A DNA stretch of 32,601 nucleotides, taken from positions 1 to 32,601 of IMG/VR virus record IMGVR_UViG_3300012942_000549, one strand, 5' to 3'. This DNA comes from a virus. Lineage: Duplodnaviria > Caudoviricetes. A model generated the notes under the pieces. It searched no databases. It saw nothing but the letters and a program-made list of their open reading frames with translations, and was not told where the DNA came from. Of the stretch, positions 1-7,608 are shown one piece after another. The position numbers and the translations under genes were made by a program. How positions within the stretch are numbered: the stretch's first letter is position 1; each line of letters opens with the position of its first letter.

Positions 1-330
1 TCGAAGTGGGCAAGGCGCGTTGGGCCCAGGATACATCACAATGTTGTCAATCTCAACGGCACGTAGCAATCCATAGGTATGGAGCGCATTCATGATGTCT
101 AGACCAATGTCTGGAAGCATACGACGTGAAAGTAGAGTGTGAAGGTGAGCTGTCTGCTGACCCTCAGTCGAATCAATGACATCCATCAGAGCATCATGGA
201 AACGATCAGGTAGGGCATCGGTGTCAACAATGAGGGCGTTATTCTCATTGCCTGGAATCTGCATGTAGATTACGACGCACCGACGATCGGTATTCTTAAT
301 ACGCCCAACATGCTTTTTGAATGTACTCAT
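1..330 (-). CDS. hypothetical phage protein (partial, runs off window start)
   Basis: Manually translated: MSTFKKHVGRIKNTDRRCVVIYMQIPGNENNALIVDTDALPDRFHDALM..., open from ATG 330 to position 1; AAGGAG upstream. Not in the ORF track. Confidence 0.8.
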   Translation of the reverse strand, partial: MSTFKKHVGRIKNTDRRCVVIYMQIPGNENNALIVDTDALPDRFHDALMDVIDSTEGQQTAHLHTLLSRRMLPDIGLDIMNALHTYGLLRAVEIDNIVMYPGPNAPCPLR

Positions 331-383
331 GAGTATGAGTTCTCCTTGGTTTGGTGAATCAGATCAACCATTGATCCTTAGGA

Positions 384-617
384 TCAAGCTGCCGCCTGAG
401 CTTCAGCTGGTTCTTCGGGGGTTTCTCCGGTTGGTTCTTCCTTAGGAGTGACTGATTCGAGGAATGCCGCCAACTTATCACGAACACCGCCTACACTCGT
501 GAGTTCATTGCCACGGAATGCTCCACGAGTAGCCGCTACGTCAATCACCTGTAGGATATTCTGTAGATCAACAACAGTGATCTGAGGCGCTTCCTGGTTG
601 GTGGTCTCTTCTGCCAT
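384..617 (-). CDS. small acidic hypothetical protein
   Basis: 77 aa ORF with AAGGAG SD; CTAAATA motif upstream. Confidence 0.8.
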   Translation of the reverse strand: MAEETTNQEAPQITVVDLQNILQVIDVAATRGAFRGNELTSVGGVRDKLAAFLESVTPKEEPTGETPEEPAEAQAAA

Positions 618-683
618 GGTAGTCTCCTTAGATGGCCAATTTGCCGATCTATGGAGAATACTGAAGGCTCACCAGAACTTCAA

Positions 684-730
684 TATTCTAGCGGCACCCA
701 ACCGTATTTAGTTAAGTGCCGCTAGAACTC
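684..730 (-). promoter_or_regulatory. inverted repeat with a CTAAATA (late-promoter-like) motif in its loop
   Basis: TTCTAGCGGCAC...GTGCCGCTAGAA 12-bp stem directly after the HNH stop; loop contains CTAAATA. Confidence 0.45.
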
Positions 731-1309
731 TCAGAAGGTAGTAGGACGCTTCCTACGCTTGGGCTTGATAGTCACCAGGTCAGGGTTCCAACCAGTGAAC
801 TGAGCCCAAGACTCGTGAGGCACCTCAATGGGCATCTGCTGCGACTTCGCAACCAGCTCATAGTAGGAAGGCCGCTTGGGCGTTCCGCACCTGGGCTTCA
901 TGGTCATGAAGTGAGCCTTCTCAAGGTTACACTTGCCACAAGCCGCCACGACATTCTCCCACCGAGTCTTACCACCGTGGAAACGAGGCACAACGTGGTC
1001 GAGCGTCAAATCCACACCAGTCTTCTTAGCGTCGATGCCGCAGTACTGGCACTTGTAGTCGTCGCGCAACAGGACATTATTCCTGCTGAACTTCACACCA
1101 CGTGCAACCTTCACATACTCACGGAGCAACAGAACCGCCGGCACCTGGATAGTGGTGCTAGGGCTGTGAACCTCCCAATCGTCATAGAAGGCCAGAACCT
1201 CTGCGTTCTCGAGGAACTGTAGCTTGATAGCAGCCTGCCAGTTCAGAGTGCTCAAGGGCACTACGCTCAAGGGCAGACCATCTGCGTTTAGGATTAAGGT
1301 ATCAGACAT
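731..1309 (-). CDS. HNH endonuclease (McrA-like)
   Basis: RDDYKCQYCG...TLDHVVPRFHGG..W.NVVAACGKCNLEK HNH/zinc motifs. Confidence 0.92.
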   Translation of the reverse strand: MSDTLILNADGLPLSVVPLSTLNWQAAIKLQFLENAEVLAFYDDWEVHSPSTTIQVPAVLLLREYVKVARGVKFSRNNVLLRDDYKCQYCGIDAKKTGVDLTLDHVVPRFHGGKTRWENVVAACGKCNLEKAHFMTMKPRCGTPKRPSYYELVAKSQQMPIEVPHESWAQFTGWNPDLVTIKPKRRKRPTTF

Positions 1310-1419
1310 GGGTCACCAATCGTTCTCGCGATATTTAGTAACCCCTACAGATCTACTTATACTGGCCAGACCACAGATCCGTCAACCATTCTATTTGGCC
1401 TGTGCGATTTCCCTATAAC

Positions 1420-2691
1420 TCAATGATACTTAAAGGCTTTTACTGATAGATCCTTACCCTGGAAGATCACATCGGCACTTGTCAGGCGACCACCTTTACC
1501 CGATCCAGTATCCATGAAGTAGGCCTCACCACCAAGGCTTCCTTTCACCACCAAGGGTTTGACAGTGCTCCTGATATCATGACCTACCATGACTCTCTTG
1601 CCCTCAGGAACACGATTTACCCAATCGTAGATGCGGTTTGGATAACCATCCGCTCTTATCTTGGCATTGTTATCAACCTCACCAAATAGAGCCATAGTTT
1701 CGAACCTACCCATTAGACGTGTAGATTCTATATCAAACATCTCCGGTTCAGCCGCTCCATGAGTGAATAGGGTATTGCCTACTAGCCAGTGGTGTCTTGC
1801 CAAGCCCATGAGGGCATTCCACTTTATTTCAAACTTCCGCCTCTGCTCGAAGGGCATAGCTTCTATGATGCGGGTAGTGACCTTGTTACCCTCACTTAGT
1901 CTAACCCTGACATCACCATGCTTTACCTGATCCAACCAGCGTTCAATCTTTCGCTCGTGATTACCCATCACTATAATGCCACGACCTCTTACCACTTGAT
2001 CATAGACTAGATTCACACATTGGATGGGGTCTGGGCCATAATCCACGATGTCACCTAGGAAGACACAAAAGAGGTTTCTGGCAATTGACCACTCGATGGC
2101 ATTCTTGAGTGGTTCGACCATGCCGTGAATATCACCAGCGACCATGAGGCCGCGGTAACCTCGGGCTTGAATAGCTTCTTGGATATCCCCTTTGGGTAGC
2201 TTCTCCACTACTTGGAAGTCTTCATACCTCGTATCAATGACATTGACCAATCCATCCCCTCTAAGGATCTCGCGCTCGTTTGTGCGGAAGACATTGTCAT
2301 GCTTGCCAATGATATGAGTAGGGTTGGCCCTCCATGATTTGCTGGCACAACTCAACTTATCGTCAAGTGATCTCTGGCAGACCAGGTAGTAGATTGGCAC
2401 GCCAACCCTCAGGCCAATTTCGGCTAGACTCGTTCGGTCTTTCTTCCTCAGGTTGGTGGCATCAATGACCGCACGTTCACCCATTTCCAACTTGAGGATG
2501 GTACGTCGGTGAATCTCTCTGAATACGCTATCGTTGATATCCATCCGTTGGTTATCACCGATGAGTTCAAAGCGAATGTCTTCGGCATTTAGGATCTCAT
2601 AGGATTGGAACTTTTGATTAGCCAGTTGGGTTTTGCCGCTATTTGCTGGGCCGACCATGATTACCAGGCTATGGAGGGGAATCTTTTTCAT
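1420..2691 (-). CDS. pnkp: polynucleotide kinase-phosphatase (P-loop kinase + metallophosphoesterase), no ligase domain
   Basis: GPANSGKT P-loop, IDATNL; GDIHG, LGDIVDYGP and GNHE phosphoesterase motifs. Confidence 0.85.
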   Translation of the reverse strand: MKKIPLHSLVIMVGPANSGKTQLANQKFQSYEILNAEDIRFELIGDNQRMDINDSVFREIHRRTILKLEMGERAVIDATNLRKKDRTSLAEIGLRVGVPIYYLVCQRSLDDKLSCASKSWRANPTHIIGKHDNVFRTNEREILRGDGLVNVIDTRYEDFQVVEKLPKGDIQEAIQARGYRGLMVAGDIHGMVEPLKNAIEWSIARNLFCVFLGDIVDYGPDPIQCVNLVYDQVVRGRGIIVMGNHERKIERWLDQVKHGDVRVRLSEGNKVTTRIIEAMPFEQRRKFEIKWNALMGLARHHWLVGNTLFTHGAAEPEMFDIESTRLMGRFETMALFGEVDNNAKIRADGYPNRIYDWVNRVPEGKRVMVGHDIRSTVKPLVVKGSLGGEAYFMDTGSGKGGRLTSADVIFQGKDLSVKAFKYH

Positions 2692-2764
2692 ATCTCAGTC
2701 TACTTGGTAATTGACTCCAGAGTCAATCTAACCACATAATAGCGCATATTAGGTGAGGTCCCCT

Positions 2765-3211
2765 ATGCGCCGTGCTCTTTTACTTGCCGGCATCGCTGCT
2801 GGCGCTGTAGCTCTATTTACAACTGTCTCCTACACGTATTACCAGAATCAACAGACTCATTCAGTCGTTGCATTCAAGACTAAGTTGGCAGATCTGACAT
2901 ACTGCCGAACTGGTTACGATATCGCGAGTTCAATGCCGCATTACCAGAGTCGTTTCGCGGAGAGCTCTGCTGAGAAGATTGATCTTCTCAAGAAGAGTGA
3001 CGAGTTATTGGCTCGGAAGGATCATCTTGATCGCCTCTTGGATCAACACATTGCGAAGGCCAAAGATCTACCAGTGTTTGATCCCGCGACGCTGGTGAAA
3101 GAGGTTCAATGGAAGGCTGAACTTGCTGTGGTCAACACGGCAGGATGGGTCGAGGAGCCCAAAGACTTCCTCGACCATCTTGATTTACGTTGCGAACCAT
3201 ACATCAATTGA
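2765..3211 (+). CDS. hypothetical membrane-anchored or secreted protein
   Basis: Hydrophobic N-terminus MRRALLLAGIAAGAVALF; GAGG upstream of ATG 2765 (ORF track starts at 2753). Confidence 0.7.
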   Translation: MRRALLLAGIAAGAVALFTTVSYTYYQNQQTHSVVAFKTKLADLTYCRTGYDIASSMPHYQSRFAESSAEKIDLLKKSDELLARKDHLDRLLDQHIAKAKDLPVFDPATLVKEVQWKAELAVVNTAGWVEEPKDFLDHLDLRCEPYIN

Positions 3212-3803
3212 TAGTAGCAGAGCCCTGATCGTCGATACTGAGGGTTCCTCGCTTCACACGGAGTGAACCCTTGGTGCTAGGATGCTCAGGAGTCTCTCGG
3301 GTTGTAAAACCAGTCTGGCAATCCATATGGCCAACGTAGTAGGTCTTCCCCCGAGCCTTGACCACCCAAGCAGGAACAAAGTCGAACTCGATTGACTTTT
3401 TGTTGAAGTGGAAGTCGATATTCTTGGCTTCCACCTCGAGGGGAAATTCCCTGGCCTGTTCCTGAATACCTCGTTTCATATCCCTGATTTGCTGCCAACG
3501 GATCTTAGCAGTATCCAGGGCTGTCATGAGCTTACGCGCGATCGCTCGCTTATAACCATGCTCCTTCATCGCCCTAGATAGCTGGCTCTTCACCTCTTCA
3601 AGAGCTGCAAGCTTCTCCTCATTGGAACGATCCAAGATCAGGCTGGTCTGGATCCTATCCAACTCTCGCTGTAAGGCCTTGATCCCATACTTGCTTTGCC
3701 TGACTTCCGAACCAGCGTGAGCATAAAGCTCACGCCAATCGGAACGCCACGCCTGGTAGCCCTTATAATCGGTGAATTTGGGCTGAATACCGTGAACGCT
3801 CAT
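3204..3803 (-). CDS. hypothetical coiled-coil protein, paralog of 3814..4071 with an extra C-terminal domain
   Basis: AGGAGG before ATG 3803 (MSVHGIQ); N-terminus FTDYKGYQAWRSDWRELY resembles the neighbour. Confidence 0.8.
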   Translation of the reverse strand: MSVHGIQPKFTDYKGYQAWRSDWRELYAHAGSEVRQSKYGIKALQRELDRIQTSLILDRSNEEKLAALEEVKSQLSRAMKEHGYKRAIARKLMTALDTAKIRWQQIRDMKRGIQEQAREFPLEVEAKNIDFHFNKKSIEFDFVPAWVVKARGKTYYVGHMDCQTGFTTRETPEHPSTKGSLRVKRGTLSIDDQGSATIN

Positions 3804-3813
3804 CTGTGCCTCC

Positions 3814-4071
3814 TTACGCTGCTTCAGCCTGGCGTGCAGCCAGCTGGGCATTCTTGAACTCCTTGGCCTCGGTGAGCTCGACCATCATCTCGTTGGCCGT
3901 TCTCCGGAGAAGGTAGAGTGAAGACTGCACATAGGAAGTATCCTGGCCCTTCAACGAAGCCAACTGGCGCTTGACCGCGCGAATCTTCTCGCTCTGTGCC
4001 TTGTAACGGGCACGCCAATCGGCACGATAAGCCAGATACTCTTCGCGGGTCGTGAAAGTGAAATTAGTCAT
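3814..4071 (-). CDS. hypothetical basic helical protein
   Basis: GGAGGAG before ATG 4071 (MTNFTFTTREEYLAYRADWRARY). Confidence 0.8.
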   Translation of the reverse strand: MTNFTFTTREEYLAYRADWRARYKAQSEKIRAVKRQLASLKGQDTSYVQSSLYLLRRTANEMMVELTEAKEFKNAQLAARQAEAA

Positions 4072-4378
4072 GTTGTGCTCCTCCAAAAGTAAGTTTGAAT
4101 AGCGCCGCAATATCCCGACGCTCGAAATACCAGCGGCTGCCACCGCCGTTCACCCAATAGGATGAAGATTGCCCATCACACCACCGACGCATCTCGGAGT
4201 AACTGCCTCCTCGAGTATCGACAGTGGTGTATTCGGGCCATGCCGCACGAAGCATCTCGCTCCAAAGCCGATCCTTCATCTGAGTCACAGGATTGGCAAA
4301 GTTGACGTTATGCTTGCGCCACACGCTCAGGTAAGCCTGAGTGGCTTCCTGCATGGCTGTTTGAAACTCCGGTTTCAT
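4064..4378 (-). CDS. hypothetical protein, A-x-x-FKL-T-W/F family
   Basis: C-terminal DIAALFKLTFGG; start overlaps the pth2 stop. Confidence 0.75.
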   Translation of the reverse strand: MKPEFQTAMQEATQAYLSVWRKHNVNFANPVTQMKDRLWSEMLRAAWPEYTTVDTRGGSYSEMRRWCDGQSSSYWVNGGGSRWYFERRDIAALFKLTFGGAQHD

Positions 4379-4836
4379 CAGCCGACCACCGAAAAACGCT
4401 TGGTGATCGCATGGGCCTGCTCCTTGGTACAGGGCCCAATACCGAGCGCCGTCACGATGGGGTTGCCATCGAACGCAGTACCCGGAATGACATGGGTCTT
4501 ATCCACAATGAGCGAGGTGATCAGACCAGCTGCCTTGGCCTCTTCATAAGCGCGCTGGATAGCTGCTTCGTTCTTGGCCTTGAGGATGATCTGAGTGCCG
4601 ATGAAGTCGGGGCCCTGATAAACACGCAGGAGTTCAGGATCGCGTCGGCTCGCGAGGAGCACACAATTCTTGGCCGCGTGACAAGCCTGGCTTGCCATCT
4701 TGCCCGGAGTCATCTCCAGGTCGCCGCGAATGATGCTGTAGATGCGAAGCTTGTTGGAGGCAGCTTCGAAGGCCTCATCGTCATTATCCGCTTCGTAGCG
4801 GGCAATGGCTTCCTACAGGAACGAGTTGGTCAACAT
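4378..4836 (-). CDS. pth2: peptidyl-tRNA hydrolase, Pth2 family, with in-frame UAG at codon 8 (4813-4815)
   Basis: LRIYSIIRGDLEMTPGKMASQACHA and TALGIGP are Pth2 motifs. The first strand lies upstream of the ORF-track Met (4713). The SD-preceded ATG (AAAGGA, 4836) is in frame and reads MLTNSFL-TAG-EAIARY. Confidence 0.85.
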
Positions 4837-4879
4837 TGTGTATTCCTTTCTCTACGTATCCAACATCGGATACCAGTTC

Positions 4880-4907
4880 AACATATGGCAGTTTTCAAAC
4901 GTGTCAA
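4880..4907 (-). promoter_or_regulatory. sigma70-like promoter of the pth2 operon
   Basis: TTGACA-16 nt-TATGTT, followed by a GTATCC/GGATAC hairpin in the leader. Confidence 0.5.
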
Positions 4908-4916
4908 CCGCCAATT

Positions 4917-5267
4917 TCAAATTATTTCACCCAACCCTGAGCCTTTCAGATGAATGACACCATTCTCATCAGGCTCTTCCTTGGGCTCCGGTGATGTACA
5001 ACCGCTTTTGCTGGCATACTTGAGCTTCCACATCATTGCTCCATCTTCATTGCCATTTGGAAATTGGATGTGAAGGCTTTCTGGATGCCATTCACCACCC
5101 CATTCCTTGAGGTCGGCCAACACTTCAGGCTTCAGGTGTGGTGGATCAGCATCTGACCAATGATCCTCGACCGTTAGGCCATCTTCCCAGAGATTGATCA
5201 GGCCATAGTCGAAAACGTGAAGGGTGGGGAGCTCACCATTATGGCCACTCCAGGTCCAATAAGTCAT
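4917..5267 (-). CDS. hypothetical protein (FKL-like motif GAMMWKLKY)
   Basis: ATGA overlap with the upstream gene; 116 aa. Confidence 0.7.
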   Translation of the reverse strand: MTYWTWSGHNGELPTLHVFDYGLINLWEDGLTVEDHWSDADPPHLKPEVLADLKEWGGEWHPESLHIQFPNGNEDGAMMWKLKYASKSGCTSPEPKEEPDENGVIHLKGSGLGEII

Positions 5268-5620
5268 CGCCACCTCAACTTAAACATCATCGCATCCTTT
5301 GGTGATTCGAATATGACACCGACGCTTGAAGAGCAACCGCTATCCCAACCAATCTTCTTGAAATCACCGAACTTGACGTTTTGGTCAAGCCATGGTTTCA
5401 TTTCAGAGAAGGTGGAGGCGATGAAGCCAGTAATCCGAACTAGGAACCAGCCAGGGTATTTGGAATTCACACTATCCACGAAGTCTAGGTCGGGGAAGTC
5501 ATCTTCCGCATAGAGGCTATTGATCTTCGCCTCACCTAGCTTGCCGTCTTGCTCAGGTAGAGTCACATCATCGAACCAAACGTCGACGTGATCATCATTT
5601 TCAGTAGGGTAATAGGGCAT
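5264..5620 (-). CDS. hypothetical protein, FKL family
   Basis: C-terminal FESPKDAMMFKLRWR; start ATG 5620 or GTG 5629. Confidence 0.75.
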   Translation of the reverse strand: MPYYPTENDDHVDVWFDDVTLPEQDGKLGEAKINSLYAEDDFPDLDFVDSVNSKYPGWFLVRITGFIASTFSEMKPWLDQNVKFGDFKKIGWDSGCSSSVGVIFESPKDAMMFKLRWR

Positions 5621-5648
5621 TGAAATCACTCACTTTGTATCAAAGACT

Positions 5649-5714
5649 TTAGGTTGCTTCGATGGTGAGCGGAGGCGCCCTAGGGGCCTAGTGGTGGGTA
5701 AGAACCTTCTTCAT
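5649..5714 (-). CDS. putative leader peptide MKKVLTHH-(UAG)-APRAPPLTIEAT
   Basis: ATG 7 nt after the -10 box (leaderless); TAG at 5688-5690; RAPP at 5670-5681; TAA at 5649-5651. Confidence 0.55.
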
Positions 5715-5721
5715 ATGCCTA

Positions 5722-5750
5722 CTTATACGGATCATGAGCGCGGAAGTCAA
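5722..5750 (-). promoter_or_regulatory. sigma70-like promoter
   Basis: TTGACT-17 nt-TATAAG. Confidence 0.7.
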
Positions 5751-6191
5751 TTAGATCAATCCGCGCTCATGACACTCTTCCAACACACCACGGTAGACGC
5801 GCATGTTGGGCTGATAGGGGCCGCGCCCGAAATACTTGCTATCATCACCGTTGATAGCTTTATCCAGGGCCGCCGCGACACCCGCACTACGACACCTGCC
5901 CATGAGGCAGTGAACGTAGATGACGCTGATGCCGCGCTCACGATGGGCGATCACGAAATCAACGATCCTCTTGGCCATGGTGTTGTCGAAGAGGATCCGA
6001 TCCTCTGTCTCGGGCTCACCATTCTTATAGGCATCGATATCGTGGAACTGCAGGTTCAGCCGCCCGACCATGAATTCATTCTCATGAACCTCGGGGAAAT
6101 CACCCTTCTCACAGATGCTGATCAGCGCCCAATAGGTGTTGGGCGGATTGACTGCCATCATTGTGGCGCGGCTGTAGACTACGAACTTCAT
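5751..6191 (-). CDS. protein tyrosine / dual-specificity phosphatase family protein
   Basis: VHCLMGRCRSAG = HCxxGxxRS signature. Confidence 0.85.
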   Translation of the reverse strand: MKFVVYSRATMMAVNPPNTYWALISICEKGDFPEVHENEFMVGRLNLQFHDIDAYKNGEPETEDRILFDNTMAKRIVDFVIAHRERGISVIYVHCLMGRCRSAGVAAALDKAINGDDSKYFGRGPYQPNMRVYRGVLEECHERGLI

Positions 6192-6257
6192 ATGGCTGAT
6201 CTACAGCGATACACCAGAATGTCAAGCGTCTGGTAACACCAGCTTTGCATTCTCGAA

Positions 6258-7058
6258 TCATGCTTCATCAGCTTCAGGAGGATCGAGGGCAGGTGGTATC
6301 TTGTCAATATCTTCGCGCTGGGCCTGTTGCCAGTTATAGACACAACGATCCAAACCGATAGCAATCTCGAGCACACGAGCGTCTTTCTCGAGTAGCTCTT
6401 TCTTACCCTGAAAGACCAGTTTCTGGGGGAAGTCAGTTCGTAAGCTGATCGAGCAGACTTCCATCCACTTGTCGCCATTCCAGACTTCAACATCCATAGT
6501 CTTCAGGCTATAGGAGGGTAGACGATCACTTTCTACGATCCTAGTGGGGAGATGGATCATCGCTCCAATCATCTTCCTCACCGGTTCGAGCATAGCCGCG
6601 TGATAATCATTTGCCGTATCAGCAGTGAAAATACACTGGAACTCCTGCTGATAGAACTCCTTCAACCGCATGTGCTTGGTTGGCTGGATGATTTCTCGCC
6701 GAAAGCTCTTACCCGCCTGCCACACCACAAGAGGTGGAAAGACGCCCAACTGGCTGTTGAGTAGATATTGGGCATAGGCATAGCTGCCAGGAGTGGTCTC
6801 GGGCCTCAGGGCGAGTTGCCTTCCGCCTTCACCCATCCTTTCCCCTTGAACCCAAATGTCATCCGGTGTGTAATTCTCATTGAGGAGATCGCGCGGATTG
6901 AGTAACGGCGCCTCGATGTAATGGAAGACCCAGCGGCCATTTAGGGCGAGGAGATCAGCCCTGACCCTAGCTGCGAAGAAGTCCCGGAAGGTTTCTCGCA
7001 GTTTGATCTCCTCCTCATTCCAGAAGACCAGACCGTTGATGTTGAAGGGGTTCTGCAT
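6258..7058 (-). CDS. minimal class II aminoacyl-tRNA synthetase, GlyRS (alpha2-type)-like catalytic core without anticodon-binding domain
   Basis: LRPETT; motif 2 QAGKSFRREI...RLKEFYQQEFQ; WMEVCSISLRTDF; motif 3 LEIAIGLDR; ends about 28 aa after motif 3. Confidence 0.8.
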   Translation of the reverse strand: MQNPFNINGLVFWNEEEIKLRETFRDFFAARVRADLLALNGRWVFHYIEAPLLNPRDLLNENYTPDDIWVQGERMGEGGRQLALRPETTPGSYAYAQYLLNSQLGVFPPLVVWQAGKSFRREIIQPTKHMRLKEFYQQEFQCIFTADTANDYHAAMLEPVRKMIGAMIHLPTRIVESDRLPSYSLKTMDVEVWNGDKWMEVCSISLRTDFPQKLVFQGKKELLEKDARVLEIAIGLDRCVYNWQQAQREDIDKIPPALDPPEADEA

Positions 7059-7426
7059 TAGGCGCAGTTCATCTCTACGGCCCGGCCGAACTCAATCCAG
7101 GCCTTGCTCTTTGGTTCACGGATATGGGTAGCAGCCACCGTGCCATTCTCGAAGATCTTGACACGGAAGAAGATCTCGAGCCCCGCATAACGGAAGCCAT
7201 TCGCACAACGATCAGGTAGACCCAGCTCAGTAGCTTCATGGTCATTATCGCTCTTGCTTGTGCCGAGTCTGAATTCATCGGTCTCGATGGGCCATTTGAT
7301 CTCACGCTCCGCTCCACGATGCATTCGTTCAGCTTTGATCTTAGCCTCGAGTTCATCGAGCTCTGCGTCTTTGAAGTTCTTGAATTCTCGATCTGGGTCT
7401 TGACCCATTGTGGCCAATACAAACAT
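7058..7426 (-). CDS. hypothetical protein
   Basis: AGGAGG SD directly after the tRNA; TAATG overlap with the synthetase start. Confidence 0.7.
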   Translation of the reverse strand: MFVLATMGQDPDREFKNFKDAELDELEAKIKAERMHRGAEREIKWPIETDEFRLGTSKSDNDHEATELGLPDRCANGFRYAGLEIFFRVKIFENGTVAATHIREPKSKAWIEFGRAVEMNCA

Positions 7427-7445
7427 GACATGCCTCCTATTCTAG

Positions 7446-7519
7446 CGTCCCTGCCGGGGATCGAACCCGGAACCTGCAGATTTAGAGTCTGCCGCTCTAG
7501 CCAGTTGAGCTACAGGAAC
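7446..7519 (-). tRNA. amber suppressor tRNA, anticodon CUA
   Basis: GTTCCTG TA GCTC AACTGGCTA GAGC G GCAGA CT-CTA-AA TCTGC AGGTT CCGGG TTCGATC CCCGG CAGGGAC G: full cloverleaf; anticodon at 7485-7483; followed by CTA rather than CCA. Confidence 0.93.
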
Positions 7520-7527
7520 ATGGCTCC

Positions 7528-7556
7528 TATTTAGGGCTTTTTCCCTAAAGAGTCAA
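7528..7556 (-). promoter_or_regulatory. promoter of the tRNA-ORF-synthetase unit
   Basis: TTGACT-17 nt-TAAATA; the -10 is also a CTAAATA motif; TTTAGGG/CCCTAAA inverted repeat. Confidence 0.6.
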
Positions 7557-7573
7557 CCGTTCTCATCCGATAT

Positions 7574-7607
7574 GGAGATGGCGGAACCTGCGCTCCGCCA
7601 TCCACCA
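7574..7607 (-). terminator. stem-loop after gene 7609..8208
   Basis: GATGGCGGA/TCCGCCATC inverted repeat next to the stop codon. Confidence 0.5.
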
Positions 7608-7608
7608 A

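Noticed and set aside
4378-4836. pth2 as a simple pseudogene
   Set aside because: Promoter, SD, both motif blocks and downstream coupling are intact, and a UAG-reading tRNA is nearby. A nonsense mutation or sequencing error cannot be fully excluded from one sequence.
7446-7519. Pyrrolysine tRNA / Pyl system
   Set aside because: The tRNA has a canonical D-loop, TTC T-loop and 5-bp anticodon stem, unlike tRNA-Pyl. The synthetase is GlyRS-like, and no pylBCD genes are in the window.
7238-7534. Plus-strand 98 aa ORF ending ...LPGIEPGTCRFRVCRSSQLSY
   Set aside because: This is the translation of the tRNA's antisense strand.
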